NCBI GenBank assembly: GCA_039809265.1
Contig: JBDHUR010000005.1
Location: 1-41,977 of the forward strand
Reading direction: 5' to 3'
Length of the DNA stretch: 41,977 nt
Origin: Minisyncoccia bacterium
Lineage (GTDB): Bacteria; Patescibacteriota; Minisyncoccia; Phycocordibacterales; UBA9973
Below are positions 10,474 through 19,639 of this stretch, piece after piece; the first letter of the stretch is position 1, and every line of letters begins with the position of its first letter. Under the pieces are notes generated by a model. It had not been told where the DNA came from. It saw only the letters and a program-made list of their open reading frames with translations, and did not search any database. The translations under genes and the position numbers were made by a program.

Positions 10474-11322
10474 ATGAAAAAATACAGACCAACAACACCA
10501 TCACGTCGCAACATGACCACGATAAACTATCGTGAAGTTTTGACAGCGTCTTCTCCAGAAAAATCTCTAACCAAGGGCCGAAAGCGAAGCGTGGGTCGCA
10601 ACAACCAGGGACGAGTAACTACACGTCACAAGGGCGGCGGCAACAAGCGTTTATATCGTGATGTTGATTTTGTCTACAACAAGTTTGATATACCAGCTAA
10701 ATTGACAACGATAGAATATGATCCGAACAGAAATGCTTTCATAGGACTTGCATCATACGCCGATGGCGAGAAACGCTATGTAGTAGTGCCAAAGAATATG
10801 AAGCCAGGTATGAAGTTTATAGTTTCCGAAAAGGCTCCTCTTGAAGTTGGAAACCGCATGCCTCTTAGGGTGATACCTGTTGGTACCTTTGTATATAATG
10901 TGGAAATAAAACCAAAAGGCGGCGCAAAGATCGGCCGGGCTGCAGGTATATTTGCTCAGGTTGTAGCAAATGACGGCGGTTATACGTCGCTTAAAATGCC
11001 TTCAACGGAGGTTAGAAAAGTTTCCGAGAATGCTTGGGCTTCTATCGGCGAAGTTTCAAATGCCGAGTACCAGCTTCAAAACTTTGGCAAGGCTGGTAAG
11101 AGTCGCTGGAGAGGTATCCGCCCAACAGTTAGAGGTAGCGTGATGAATCCAGTAGACCATCCATACGGAGGAGGTGAGGGAAGACAAGGACGCGGTACAC
11201 GCCGACCAAAGACACTATGGGGTAAGGTTACAGGAGGCCGAAAGACACGCACACCCAAAAAGTACTCAAATCTATTTATCGTTTCCCGACGAAAGACCGG
11301 CAAGAGCCGAAAATCTCAGTAG
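10474..11322 (+). CDS. rplB: 50S ribosomal protein L2
   Basis: EYDPNR, MNPVDHPYGGGEG. Confidence 0.99.
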   Translation: MKKYRPTTPSRRNMTTINYREVLTASSPEKSLTKGRKRSVGRNNQGRVTTRHKGGGNKRLYRDVDFVYNKFDIPAKLTTIEYDPNRNAFIGLASYADGEKRYVVVPKNMKPGMKFIVSEKAPLEVGNRMPLRVIPVGTFVYNVEIKPKGGAKIGRAAGIFAQVVANDGGYTSLKMPSTEVRKVSENAWASIGEVSNAEYQLQNFGKAGKSRWRGIRPTVRGSVMNPVDHPYGGGEGRQGRGTRRPKTLWGKVTGGRKTRTPKKYSNLFIVSRRKTGKSRKSQ

Positions 11323-11332
11323 TAAAAGAACC

Positions 11333-11360
11333 CATAAAACCGCCGAAAGGCGGTTTTATG
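11333..11360 (+). terminator. Hairpin/terminator between rplB and rpsS
   Basis: CATAAAACCGCC-GAAA-GGCGGTTTTATG, perfect 12-bp stem with GNRA loop. Confidence 0.75.
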
Positions 11361-11369
11361 CTATAAGAT

Positions 11370-11398
11370 TTGACAATAAAAACCAGTTTTGCTACTAT
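11370..11398 (+). promoter_or_regulatory. Internal promoter upstream of rpsS
   Basis: TTGACA-17bp-TACTAT with extended TG. Confidence 0.8.
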
Positions 11399-11435
11399 AT
11401 CCTCACTGGCTCTAAGAGAGCTATTTTATTTAGTC

Positions 11436-11783
11436 ATGACACGATCACTTAAAAAAGGTCCATATGTGGACGAAAGACTTCTAAAGAAGATTGAAGGCAA
11501 GAAACCTCTGGAGACAGGGGTTATAAAGACGTGGTCTCGCGCATGCCAAATAGCTCCTGAAATGATAGGCTTTACTTTTGGTGTACACAACGGCAAGACA
11601 CATGTAGAGGTCCTGGTAACAGAGGAAATGGTTGGTCATAGACTCGGTGAGTTTTCTCCTACTCGCAAGTTTATAAGGCATGGAGGTAAGATGCAAAAAG
11701 AGCTTGAGGCAAAGAAGAAGGAGGCCGAGATAGCAGCAGCCAAGGCAGCAAAGACAACTACAGATGACAAGAAAAAGAAGTAA
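11436..11783 (+). CDS. rpsS: 30S ribosomal protein S19 (K/A/E-rich C-terminal extension)
   Basis: [26 protein letters not shown]; start at ATG 11436. Confidence 0.98.
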   Translation: MTRSLKKGPYVDERLLKKIEGKKPLETGVIKTWSRACQIAPEMIGFTFGVHNGKTHVEVLVTEEMVGHRLGEFSPTRKFIRHGGKMQKELEAKKKEAEIAAAKAAKTTTDDKKKK

Positions 11784-11797
11784 TTTAAACTATATTT

Positions 11798-12214
11798 ATG
11801 AAGGCTATTCTTAAAAACTACAGACAGTCTCCGCGCAAAGTTCGTCTAGTGGCAGACGTTATAAAAGGCAAAAAAGTTGCTGATGCTAAGGTGCAGCTTC
11901 AGTTTTTGGTTAAGCGCGCAGCGTTGCCTTTTGAGAAATTGCTTGATTCGGCTCTTGCAAATGCAAGACAAAATTTCAATACTGATTCCGCTGATCTATA
12001 CATAAAGGATGTCCGTGTAGATAAGGGTGTAGTCCTAAAACGTATTATGCCTCGGGCTCGTGGTTCGGCTTCACGCATAAATAAGCGCACAAGCAACCTT
12101 GTGATAGTCTTAGAAGAGAAGGGTATCAAATCAGAAAAGAAGGCAAAAAAAGAGGTAAAGCCAAAAGCTGTAAAAAAAGTCGCAAAAGCAAAGAAAGCTG
12201 TTAAAAAGTCTTAA
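11798..12214 (+). CDS. rplV: 50S ribosomal protein L22 (K/A-rich tail)
   Basis: SPRKVRLVAD, PRARGSA.RINKRTS. Confidence 0.98.
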   Translation: MKAILKNYRQSPRKVRLVADVIKGKKVADAKVQLQFLVKRAALPFEKLLDSALANARQNFNTDSADLYIKDVRVDKGVVLKRIMPRARGSASRINKRTSNLVIVLEEKGIKSEKKAKKEVKPKAVKKVAKAKKAVKKS

Positions 12215-12222
12215 ATCATTTT

Positions 12223-12900
12223 ATGTCAAAAATAGTTCACCCATACGCACACAGATTAGTTATCTTAAGAGACTGGAAGTCTCGCTGGTTTGCTGTTGGG
12301 CAGAAATTTAACGACTTTTTGCGCGGTGATGTCCTTTTGCGCGAATATCTGGAGAAGAAGCTTAGAGGTTCTTATGTTTCTTCTATCGAAATGGAGCGCA
12401 GCCAGAAGTCTACAAGACTCATAATCCGTACTTCTCGCCCTGGTATGATCATTGGGAGAAGCGGTGAGGGTGCCACGAAACTTCGCGAAGATGTTTTGAA
12501 GTTCATGAAAAAGAGCAACATAAAAGTTCCTGAAGAATTAAAGATAGACATTGCTGAAGTAGTAAATCCAGATGCAGATGCTCGCATTGTGGCTTACTCT
12601 GTTGCTGAAGGCATAGAGAAGCGTTTGCCTTACCGTCGCGTATTGAAGACTACTGTAGAGAAAGTGATGCAGGCACGCGGAGTTTTGGGTGCTCGTATAG
12701 TCCTAGGTGGGCGTTTGGGCGGAGCAGAAATCGCTCGAGGTGAGGAGATAAAGCGTGGCTCTATTCCGCTCCAGACATTCCGAGCAGATATAGACTTTGC
12801 CAGAGAAAAAGCACACATGACATACGGAGATATCGGTATAAAAGTTTGGATCTATCGCGGTCAGATTTTTGATAAGAAGGAAGTTAATAACACTAAATAA
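12223..12900 (+). CDS. rpsC: 30S ribosomal protein S3
   Basis: RPGMIIGR, GRLGGAEIAR, PLQTFRADID, GIKVWI. Confidence 0.98.
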   Translation: MSKIVHPYAHRLVILRDWKSRWFAVGQKFNDFLRGDVLLREYLEKKLRGSYVSSIEMERSQKSTRLIIRTSRPGMIIGRSGEGATKLREDVLKFMKKSNIKVPEELKIDIAEVVNPDADARIVAYSVAEGIEKRLPYRRVLKTTVEKVMQARGVLGARIVLGGRLGGAEIARGEEIKRGSIPLQTFRADIDFAREKAHMTYGDIGIKVWIYRGQIFDKKEVNNTK

Positions 12901-12905
12901 ATTTT

Positions 12906-13325
12906 ATGCTATTACCAAAGAAAGTAAAACACAGAAAATGGCAGCGCTTGCGCCGGCACCCAGAGAGTATGCTAAAGCCAGATACTCGAGGTACCACTTT
13001 GTCTTTCGGTTCATATGGACTAAAGACAGAGACCTACGCTCGTATTACTTCCAACCAGATAGAAGCAGCCCGAAAAGCTATGTCTAGAAAGTTGACCAAA
13101 GTTGGCCGTATCTGGATACGCATTTTCCCCGATATGCCTGTCACTGCAAAACCGCCAGAAGTGGGTATGGGTAAGGGAAAAGGAGACCCGCAAGGTTACT
13201 GTAGTGAGGTAAGACCTGGAAGAATTATCTTTGAGGTGGACGGTGTGGACGAAGCTACCGCTCGCGAAGCTCTGCGCAAGGCAGGAACAAAGCTTCCGGT
13301 AAAAAGTAAAGTCATAAGCAGATAA
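12906..13325 (+). CDS. rplP: 50S ribosomal protein L16
   Basis: [21 protein letters not shown]. Confidence 0.98.
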   Translation: MLLPKKVKHRKWQRLRRHPESMLKPDTRGTTLSFGSYGLKTETYARITSNQIEAARKAMSRKLTKVGRIWIRIFPDMPVTAKPPEVGMGKGKGDPQGYCSEVRPGRIIFEVDGVDEATAREALRKAGTKLPVKSKVISR

Positions 13326-13330
13326 ATTTT

Positions 13331-13579
13331 ATGAAAAAGATAGAGGAAAAAAGGAAAATTCACAAAACTCTCTCAGGAACTGTAGTGTCTGATAAAATGG
13401 ACAAAACAGTGGTTGTTCTCGTGGACAGATATGTGAAGCACTCAAAATATTTGAAATACCAGAAGATCAGTAAAAAATACAAAGCACACGACGAGAGCAA
13501 TTCGAAGAAAGTTGGAGACAGAGTCGAGATAGTGGAAACGCGCCCAATGTCTAAAGACAAGCACTTTATTGTTAAATAA
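13331..13579 (+). CDS. rpsQ: 30S ribosomal protein S17
   Basis: [25 protein letters not shown]. Confidence 0.98.
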   Translation: MKKIEEKRKIHKTLSGTVVSDKMDKTVVVLVDRYVKHSKYLKYQKISKKYKAHDESNSKKVGDRVEIVETRPMSKDKHFIVK

Positions 13580-13585
13580 AAAGCC

Positions 13586-13957
13586 ATGATACAAGACGGA
13601 ACAGTAGTAAAAATAACAGACAATGCGGGCGGAACTGTAGGAAAAGTTTTTAAAGTCCTGGGCAGTTCAAAGCGCCGCTATGCAGAGTTAGGAGACAAAG
13701 TCATCATCTCTGTCAAAGTTGCTCAGCCTCGCAAGGCCGTGAAAAAGAAAGATATTCTTCAGGCTGTTGTCGTGCGTACCAAGAATGCCTACCGCAGAAA
13801 AGATGGATCATACATCCGTTTTGACGACAATGCTGTCGTTGTTTTGGAGAAAGGCAAACAAGATCCAAAGGCTGGACGCGTGTTTGGACCTATTCCTCGC
13901 GAGCTCGCAGAGCGCGGTTATCAGAAAATAATTTCTCTAGCTCCAGAGGTGCTTTAA
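13586..13957 (+). CDS. rplN: 50S ribosomal protein L14
   Basis: MIQ start, DGSYIRFDDNAVV, RVFGPIPREL, SLAPEVL. Confidence 0.98.
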   Translation: MIQDGTVVKITDNAGGTVGKVFKVLGSSKRRYAELGDKVIISVKVAQPRKAVKKKDILQAVVVRTKNAYRRKDGSYIRFDDNAVVVLEKGKQDPKAGRVFGPIPRELAERGYQKIISLAPEVL

Positions 13958-13963
13958 TATTTT

Positions 13964-14269
13964 ATGAAAATCAAGAAAGGGGACAATGTAATAATTTCTA
14001 CCGGTAAAGACAAAGGTTCAAAAGGCAAAGTCTTGAAGGTTTACCCACTCTCAAACACCGTTGTGGTAGAGGGTGTAAATATTGCCAAGAAGCACAAGCG
14101 CGCAAACCGCCGAGATACAAAAGGCCAGATGGTGGAGATGCCTATGCCCATAAATGCTTCCAATGTTATGGTGGCTGACTCTAGCACGGGCAAGGGTGTG
14201 CGCGTTGGCAAAAAGGAAATTGGCGGCAAGATGGTCCGTGTTAGCAAGAAAACCGGAAACGAGATTTAG
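13964..14269 (+). CDS. rplX: 50S ribosomal protein L24
   Basis: IKKGD.V, GKDKG, VEGVN, PINASNVM. Confidence 0.98.
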   Translation: MKIKKGDNVIISTGKDKGSKGKVLKVYPLSNTVVVEGVNIAKKHKRANRRDTKGQMVEMPMPINASNVMVADSSTGKGVRVGKKEIGGKMVRVSKKTGNEI

Positions 14270-14286
14270 AATCTAATTTTAATATT

Positions 14287-14826
14287 ATGGAAACAACAAA
14301 GCAAAAAGAACAAAAGGCGTATGAAGTGATGAAAGCAAAGTTCAGTTACAAGAACAAGCTTGCCGCTCCTCGTATAACAAAAGTGGTCGTTTCTTCTGCG
14401 ACAGGCACAGGCATGAAGAAGGATCAAAAGCGCAACGAACACGTATTGGGACGCATTGCTCGCATAACAGGCCAGAAGCCTTCTCTAAAAGGAGCGAAAA
14501 AATCAGTAGCCTCTTTCAAAATTCGCCAAGGTGATCCGATCGGCGTTATGGTAACTCTCCGTGGCGCGAAGATGTATGCTTTTTTAGACAAACTTCTAAA
14601 CATTGCTTTGCCCAGAACCAAAGATTTCCGTGGTATAGAGCGCAAGATTGTGGACAATATAGGCAATGCTACTATAGGCATAAAAGAGCACACTATCTTT
14701 CCAGAAACAGCAGATGAAGATATCCGAGACGTATTTGGCATGGCTGTTACCATTGCAACTACAGCCAAGACCAAGGATGAGGCAACTGCATTCTTTGAAT
14801 TACTAGGCCTTCCTTTCAAGAAATAG
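14287..14826 (+). CDS. rplE: 50S ribosomal protein L5
   Basis: ITGQKP, VTLRG, LPRTKDFRG, IFPE. Confidence 0.98.
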   Translation: METTKQKEQKAYEVMKAKFSYKNKLAAPRITKVVVSSATGTGMKKDQKRNEHVLGRIARITGQKPSLKGAKKSVASFKIRQGDPIGVMVTLRGAKMYAFLDKLLNIALPRTKDFRGIERKIVDNIGNATIGIKEHTIFPETADEDIRDVFGMAVTIATTAKTKDEATAFFELLGLPFKK

Positions 14827-14840
14827 GCTTGCTAAAAAAT

Positions 14841-14869
14841 TTGACTTTCAAAAGGGCTTCTGCTAGTAT
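14841..14869 (+). promoter_or_regulatory. Internal promoter upstream of rpsN
   Basis: TTGACT-17bp-TAGTAT with extended TG. Confidence 0.75.
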
Positions 14870-14876
14870 GGTGGAA

Positions 14877-15001
14877 GTCCTTTTGTTTTGGGGTAATCCG
14901 CTTTTCTCCTTTAGTCCTGATCTGTGCCGCAGGGTTGGTCCTCTGCGCAGCGAAGTATTGAAGAAAAAAAGTGAGATATTCCTCAAAGGTTTAAAACGGA
15001 C
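14877..15001 (+). ncRNA. Candidate rod-shaped structured RNA / 5' leader of the rpsN-rpsH unit
   Basis: Nested complementary blocks GTCC/GGAC, TTTGGGG/CCTCAAA, CGCTTTT/AAAAGTG, CTTTAGT/ATTGAAG, CGCAG/CTGCG; begins at the predicted TSS. Confidence 0.5.
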
Positions 15002-15012
15002 GCAATTTATAT

Positions 15013-15198
15013 ATGGCGAAAACATCAGTAATAGCGCGCTCTCAGAAGAAGCAGAAGTTTAGCACTCGGGCAACAAACCGATGTTTTAAGTGTGGTCGAA
15101 AGCACGGATATATGCGGGACTTTGGCCTATGCCGTATCTGTTTCCGAGAGTTGGCGAACGAGGGTATGATTCCAGGAGTTCGCAAGTCTTCTTGGTAA
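15013..15198 (+). CDS. rpsN: 30S ribosomal protein S14, short zinc-binding (C+) type
   Basis: 61 aa, CFKC and CRIC zinc motifs, PGVRKSSW end. Confidence 0.98.
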   Translation: MAKTSVIARSQKKQKFSTRATNRCFKCGRKHGYMRDFGLCRICFRELANEGMIPGVRKSSW

Positions 15199-15233
15199 GC
15201 TAACAAGTTTGCTAGGCCAATAAGCTAAAAATT

Positions 15234-15623
15234 ATGACAGACCCAATAGGATCAATGCTAATAATGTTGAAAAATGCTGGACTTGCAGAAAAGTCCGCTG
15301 TTACTGTGCCTTTTTCTAAGGTCAAAGAGGCTATTGCTTCTTGTTTGAAAGATCAGGGCTACGTAAGCTCTGTTTCAAAGAAAACACGCAAAGGTTTTCC
15401 GACGCTTGAGATAGCTTTGGCATACAAAGACGGCAGCCCAAAGATAAAGGATGTGGCTCGTGTTTCCAAGCCTTCTCGTCGCATGTACTTAGGCTACAAA
15501 GATATTCGTCCATACAAGAACGGTTACGGCATGACTGTATTTTCAACACCAAAGGGAATTTTGGGAGACAAAGATGCTCGAAAGGAGCAGGTCGGAGGTG
15601 AAGTGCTATTTCATATTTCATAA
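15234..15623 (+). CDS. rpsH: 30S ribosomal protein S8
   Basis: MTDPI, RVSKPSRR, STPKG, VGGEVL. Confidence 0.98.
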   Translation: MTDPIGSMLIMLKNAGLAEKSAVTVPFSKVKEAIASCLKDQGYVSSVSKKTRKGFPTLEIALAYKDGSPKIKDVARVSKPSRRMYLGYKDIRPYKNGYGMTVFSTPKGILGDKDARKEQVGGEVLFHIS

Positions 15624-15628
15624 ATTTT

Positions 15629-16165
15629 ATGTCAAGAGTAGGAAAACAACACATTGAAATACCAACAGGCACTACCGCAACTCTCTCCGGCAATGTTTTC
15701 TCTGTGAAAGGTCCAAAAGGAAACTTGAGCCGAGAGTTCAACACAGCACTTGTAGAGATAGTCGTAGCTGAGAAAGAAATCACTTTCAACCCGAAAGGTG
15801 AGGATAAGTTTGCACGTTCCCTTTGGGGCACCACCGCTTCACATGTGAAGAATATGGTGGAGGGTGTGAACAATGGCTATGCAAAAAAGCTTATACTAGA
15901 GGGTGTAGGTTTTAAGTCCGATGTTGCCGGCAAAAATTTGAACTTGGCTCTAGGTTTTTCTCACCCAGTTGTTGTTGCTATACCTGAAGGTTTGACGGTG
16001 ACGGCAGAGAAGAACAATATAACAGTTTCTGGCATAGACAAAGAACTTGTAGGTCAGTTCACTGCAAAAGTTCGCAGCTTGAAAAAGCCGGAGCCTTACA
16101 AAGGTAAGGGCTTCCGCTATGATGGTGAAGTTATACGCCGAAAGCAGGGCAAAAAGTCTGCATAA
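15629..16165 (+). CDS. rplF: 50S ribosomal protein L6
   Basis: MSRVGK, VKGPKG, LGFSHP, PEPYKGKG. Confidence 0.98.
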   Translation: MSRVGKQHIEIPTGTTATLSGNVFSVKGPKGNLSREFNTALVEIVVAEKEITFNPKGEDKFARSLWGTTASHVKNMVEGVNNGYAKKLILEGVGFKSDVAGKNLNLALGFSHPVVVAIPEGLTVTAEKNNITVSGIDKELVGQFTAKVRSLKKPEPYKGKGFRYDGEVIRRKQGKKSA

Positions 16166-16179
16166 TAATTTTTTGATAT

Positions 16180-16530
16180 ATGGCTACAAAGAATACAAAA
16201 ACTGAAAAGAGATTGCGGCTTAAAAAGAAAATCCGGACAAAGATTTTTGGTACTTCAGATGCCCCACGTCTTTCTGTATTTCGGTCAAATAACTTTATCT
16301 ATGCTCAGCTTATAGATGATGCGAAAGGTACGACGATTGCAAGTGCGTCAGACATAAAAGGTGCAAATGGAACAAAGAACGAGCGCGCAAAAGAAGTTGG
16401 TAAAGCTATCGCTTCTGCCGGTGTCGCAAAAGGTATTAGTAAGGTTATATTTGATCGCAACGGCTTCAAGTACACGGGACGCATCCAGGCTCTTGCTGAC
16501 GAAGCTCGCGCTGGCGGTTTGAAGTTTTAA
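16180..16530 (+). CDS. rplR: 50S ribosomal protein L18
   Basis: PRLSVFRSN, YAQLIDD, FDRNG.KY.GR, AR.GGL.F. Confidence 0.98.
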   Translation: MATKNTKTEKRLRLKKKIRTKIFGTSDAPRLSVFRSNNFIYAQLIDDAKGTTIASASDIKGANGTKNERAKEVGKAIASAGVAKGISKVIFDRNGFKYTGRIQALADEARAGGLKF

Positions 16531-16539
16531 TAAAAATAT

Positions 16540-17157
16540 ATGTCTACACAAACAGCACAACCAAACACACGTCTACAGGGAACAAGCGGCTTTCGCGGAG
16601 GTTCTTCACGCGGTCCTCGCCGTGACGGCGATGCTCGCGGCGGACGGCCTGCTCGTAGCTTTGCTGACAGACCTAAGCCAGATTTTGACCAAAAGATTCT
16701 TGTCATACGCCGTGTGACTCGTGTGGTTTCAGGCGGACGTCGTATGTCTTTTTCTGTGGCTATGGCCATCGGCGATAAAAAGGGTATGATGGGTGTAGGC
16801 ACCGGCAAAGCGCTTGATACTGCACTGGCTATCAACAAAGCTATCAAATCTGCAAAGAAAAATATGATACGAGTGAAGCTTACAAAAAACGGCTCCATTC
16901 CTCACCAAGTAAAGGCAAAGTATTCCACTTCTCGTATTATGGTTATGCCAAATCGTGGAAAAGGCACAGTGTCCGGTTCCGCAGTTCGTGATCTTTTAGT
17001 GCTTGCTGGCATAAAGGATGTTACAGGTAAAGTACTGTCCGGCAGCAAGAACAAGCTGAATATTGCTCGTGCGACTGTTAAAGCTCTTTCTGTTTTTGTG
17101 GCGCCAAAGACTACTGTTAAGGAAACTGCTCCTGTGGAAGAAAAAACTGAAGCGTAA
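16540..17157 (+). CDS. rpsE: 30S ribosomal protein S5 (R/G-rich N-terminal extension)
   Basis: RVTRVVSGGRRMSF, G.G.GKA, GS.N..N. Confidence 0.97.
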   Translation: MSTQTAQPNTRLQGTSGFRGGSSRGPRRDGDARGGRPARSFADRPKPDFDQKILVIRRVTRVVSGGRRMSFSVAMAIGDKKGMMGVGTGKALDTALAINKAIKSAKKNMIRVKLTKNGSIPHQVKAKYSTSRIMVMPNRGKGTVSGSAVRDLLVLAGIKDVTGKVLSGSKNKLNIARATVKALSVFVAPKTTVKETAPVEEKTEA

Positions 17158-17179
17158 TTTATAACTTTTTGAAAACTAT

Positions 17180-17620
17180 ATGCAACTGCACAACCTAAAA
17201 AGAAAAACAAAAAACAAAGCAAAGCGCGTAGTTGGTCGCGGTGGTAAGCATGCCAAGACTTCCGGACGTGGAACCAAGGGCCAGAGTGCTCGTGCTGGTA
17301 ACAAAAAGCGCCCAGAACTTCGTGATATTATCAAGAAGCTTCCAAAGATGCGCGGCCGTGGGAAAAATATCTTTCAAAGTTTTGAGATAAAGCCGGCTAT
17401 TGTCAATCTTTCTGACCTGAAGGGTGTTTTCTCTAAAGGTGACAAAGTTACCCCAGAAGTTTTACTAGAGAAGGGTTTGGTAAAGAAACTAAAGGGACGC
17501 ATCCCGGAAGTTAAAATACTCTCAGTTGGGGGATTGGACACGGCACTTACTTTCATAAACTGCAAAGTCTCTGCTTCTGCAAAAGAAAAGATTGAAAAAG
17601 CGGGTGGTATGGTAAAATAG
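17180..17620 (+). CDS. rplO: 50S ribosomal protein L15
   Basis: VGRGG, TSGRGTKGQSARAG, SA.EKIEKAGG. Confidence 0.97.
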   Translation: MQLHNLKRKTKNKAKRVVGRGGKHAKTSGRGTKGQSARAGNKKRPELRDIIKKLPKMRGRGKNIFQSFEIKPAIVNLSDLKGVFSKGDKVTPEVLLEKGLVKKLKGRIPEVKILSVGGLDTALTFINCKVSASAKEKIEKAGGMVK

Positions 17621-17645
17621 GGCAAGGAGCTAAGGCTTCAAACAT

Positions 17646-18917
17646 ATGAATACTTTTTTCTCAAAAATCAAAACAGTGTTTACAGACAAAACTATAAGAA
17701 AGAGGATACTTTTCGTTATTGCTATGCTTTTGGTTTTCCGTCTTCTGGCTATTATACCTATTCCTGGGGTAAATATTCCTCGCTTGCAAGGACTACTTGC
17801 AAGCAACCAGTTTCTAGGTGTTTTAAATATTTTCTCTGGTGGTGGACTTTCTAATCTTTCTATTATTATGCTTGGAGTGGGTCCATACATTACTGCATCT
17901 ATCATAATGCAAGTACTTACTGTCCTCGTTCCTAGATTCAAAGAAATGAGTCAAGAAGAAGGTGAGGCTGGGCGTAAGAAATATGCTCAATATTCCAGAA
18001 TACTATCTGTACCACTTGCTATATTGCAAGGTTTTACATTTCTTGTCTTGCTTGAACAACAAGGAGTATTAAACAATTTGACGGCTTTTGATAAAGTGAT
18101 AAATATTGCTCTTATGACAGGTGGTTCTATGTTGCTAATGTGGATAGGTGAGCTTATTTCTGAGTTCGGTATCGGTAATGGTGTGTCTATCATTATCTTT
18201 GCTGGTATCGTTTCTGCACTTCCAACAGAAGTTTCTCAGTTGTTGTTTACTTATGATGCTTCTCAGTTACCTGTTTATATAGCATTTATAGTGGCAGCAC
18301 TTGTTGTAATATCTGGTGTTGTGCTTATAACTGAAGCTGAAAGACCTATTTCTGTAACTTATGCCAAGCAAGTGAGGGGTCTTTCTGCTACAGGAGGAAC
18401 TTCTACATACTTGCCACTACGCTTGAATCAAGCAGGAGTGATTCCGATAATCTTTGCACTTTCTATACTACTTTTCCCGCAGATGTTTGCGAACTTTTTT
18501 GCAAACTCTTCTCATGTATGGCTATCAAATTCAGCTAAAGCTTTGACTACGTTTTTAAACACCACTTGGTTGTACGCTATAGTTTACTTTGTACTTGTAT
18601 TTATTTTTACTTATTTCTATACAGCTGTCACTTTTGATCCAGAGGCTGTATCTAAGAACTTGCAAAAAAACGGCGCTTTTATTCCAGGAGTACGTCCAGG
18701 AGAAGCTACTGCAGAATATGTGACGAAAGTTTTAAACCGTATAACTTTTGTGGGTGCATTATTCTTGGGATTGATAGCTATTCTCCCGCTTTTGGCAAGA
18801 GTTATAACTGGTATAACCGCTGTTGCTCTTGGGGGTACAGCAATGTTAATCGTTGTTTCTGTAGTGCTTGATCTTATAAAGAAAGTTGATGCACAGCTTT
18901 CTATGAGGGAGTACTAA
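17646..18917 (+). CDS. secY: Preprotein translocase SecY
   Basis: LGVGPYITASII, GIGNGVS, AGVIPIIFA, FIPGVRPG; multiple TM helices. Confidence 0.99.
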   Translation: MNTFFSKIKTVFTDKTIRKRILFVIAMLLVFRLLAIIPIPGVNIPRLQGLLASNQFLGVLNIFSGGGLSNLSIIMLGVGPYITASIIMQVLTVLVPRFKEMSQEEGEAGRKKYAQYSRILSVPLAILQGFTFLVLLEQQGVLNNLTAFDKVINIALMTGGSMLLMWIGELISEFGIGNGVSIIIFAGIVSALPTEVSQLLFTYDASQLPVYIAFIVAALVVISGVVLITEAERPISVTYAKQVRGLSATGGTSTYLPLRLNQAGVIPIIFALSILLFPQMFANFFANSSHVWLSNSAKALTTFLNTTWLYAIVYFVLVFIFTYFYTAVTFDPEAVSKNLQKNGAFIPGVRPGEATAEYVTKVLNRITFVGALFLGLIAILPLLARVITGITAVALGGTAMLIVVSVVLDLIKKVDAQLSMREY

Positions 18918-18933
18918 AATTTATTACACCGCT

Positions 18934-18966
18934 ATAAAAGATCTCCAAGTAATGGAGATCTTTTAT
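18934..18966. terminator. Bidirectional terminator between convergent secY and cmk
   Basis: ATAAAAGATCTCCA-AGTAA-TGGAGATCTTTTAT. Confidence 0.8.
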
Positions 18967-18978
18967 TTTTGCTAAGCA

Positions 18979-19563
18979 CTAGTTCTTTAACCATTCTTTA
19001 TATTTCTCCAAAATAATCCCCGCTACTTTTTGTGCATCGTTTTTTTCTGTATCTACTACAAGGTCAAAGTTTTTCGGGTCTGTGTGGTTGGCTATGCCGT
19101 ATAGCTCTTTGTATCTCTTGCGTTCGGAGGCAAGTCTTTCTTCTACAGACTTTGCCACATCTTCTACACTTTTTGGAGTCTCTTTGTGCTCGTGCGCTCG
19201 GGTTGGATTTTTTTGTAGGTCGGCAAGCATACGTTCAGCGCCTACTTGTGTTGGCAGGGAAAGAAAAACTTTGAAGGATTCCGGTATCCAATGGTAGGCA
19301 AGACGAGAATCTATCACGATTTTATTTTTATTTTCTATTTTTTTTACATATTCGTCTATCTCTCTGTCTATGCTCTCATCAGCTTCGGCTTCAGCAGAAA
19401 GTTCTGCAAGTGTGATTTTGCGCTCTTCAGCTATTTTCCTCATGAAGTCGCCAGAAGAATATCGCTTATATCCTAGTATTCCTGCAAGAATCTTACCTGT
19501 TGTGGACTTACCAGAGCCAAGATTTCCCGCTATTGTTATGATTTCTTTTTTTACATTGTTCAT
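18979..19563 (-). CDS. cmk: Cytidylate kinase (short, archaeal-like type 2 family)
   Basis: ITIAG..GSGKST P-loop, G..MR..A..R, DSRLA.H, SE.KRY..LYG, DL.VDT. Confidence 0.8.
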   Translation of the reverse strand: MNNVKKEIITIAGNLGSGKSTTGKILAGILGYKRYSSGDFMRKIAEERKITLAELSAEAEADESIDREIDEYVKKIENKNKIVIDSRLAYHWIPESFKVFLSLPTQVGAERMLADLQKNPTRAHEHKETPKSVEDVAKSVEERLASERKRYKELYGIANHTDPKNFDLVVDTEKNDAQKVAGIILEKYKEWLKN

Positions 19564-19639
19564 GGTTGTTTGATGCAGAAATTAAAGCATAAAAAAGTTA
19601 ATTTGCAAAGAAGTAATTTTTAAAGTATGATTGTTTTAC

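Noticed and set aside
14877-15001. Calling the rod-shaped RNA an SRP (4.5S) RNA
   Set aside because: Size and CAGG...GCAGC words are suggestive, but the GNRA-capped helix 8 (CAGG-NNN-GNRA-NNN-AGCA) is absent.
14829-15062. 77-aa TTG-start ORF between rplE and rpsN
   Set aside because: Overlaps a promoter, the structured leader and rpsN out of frame; no recognisable protein features.
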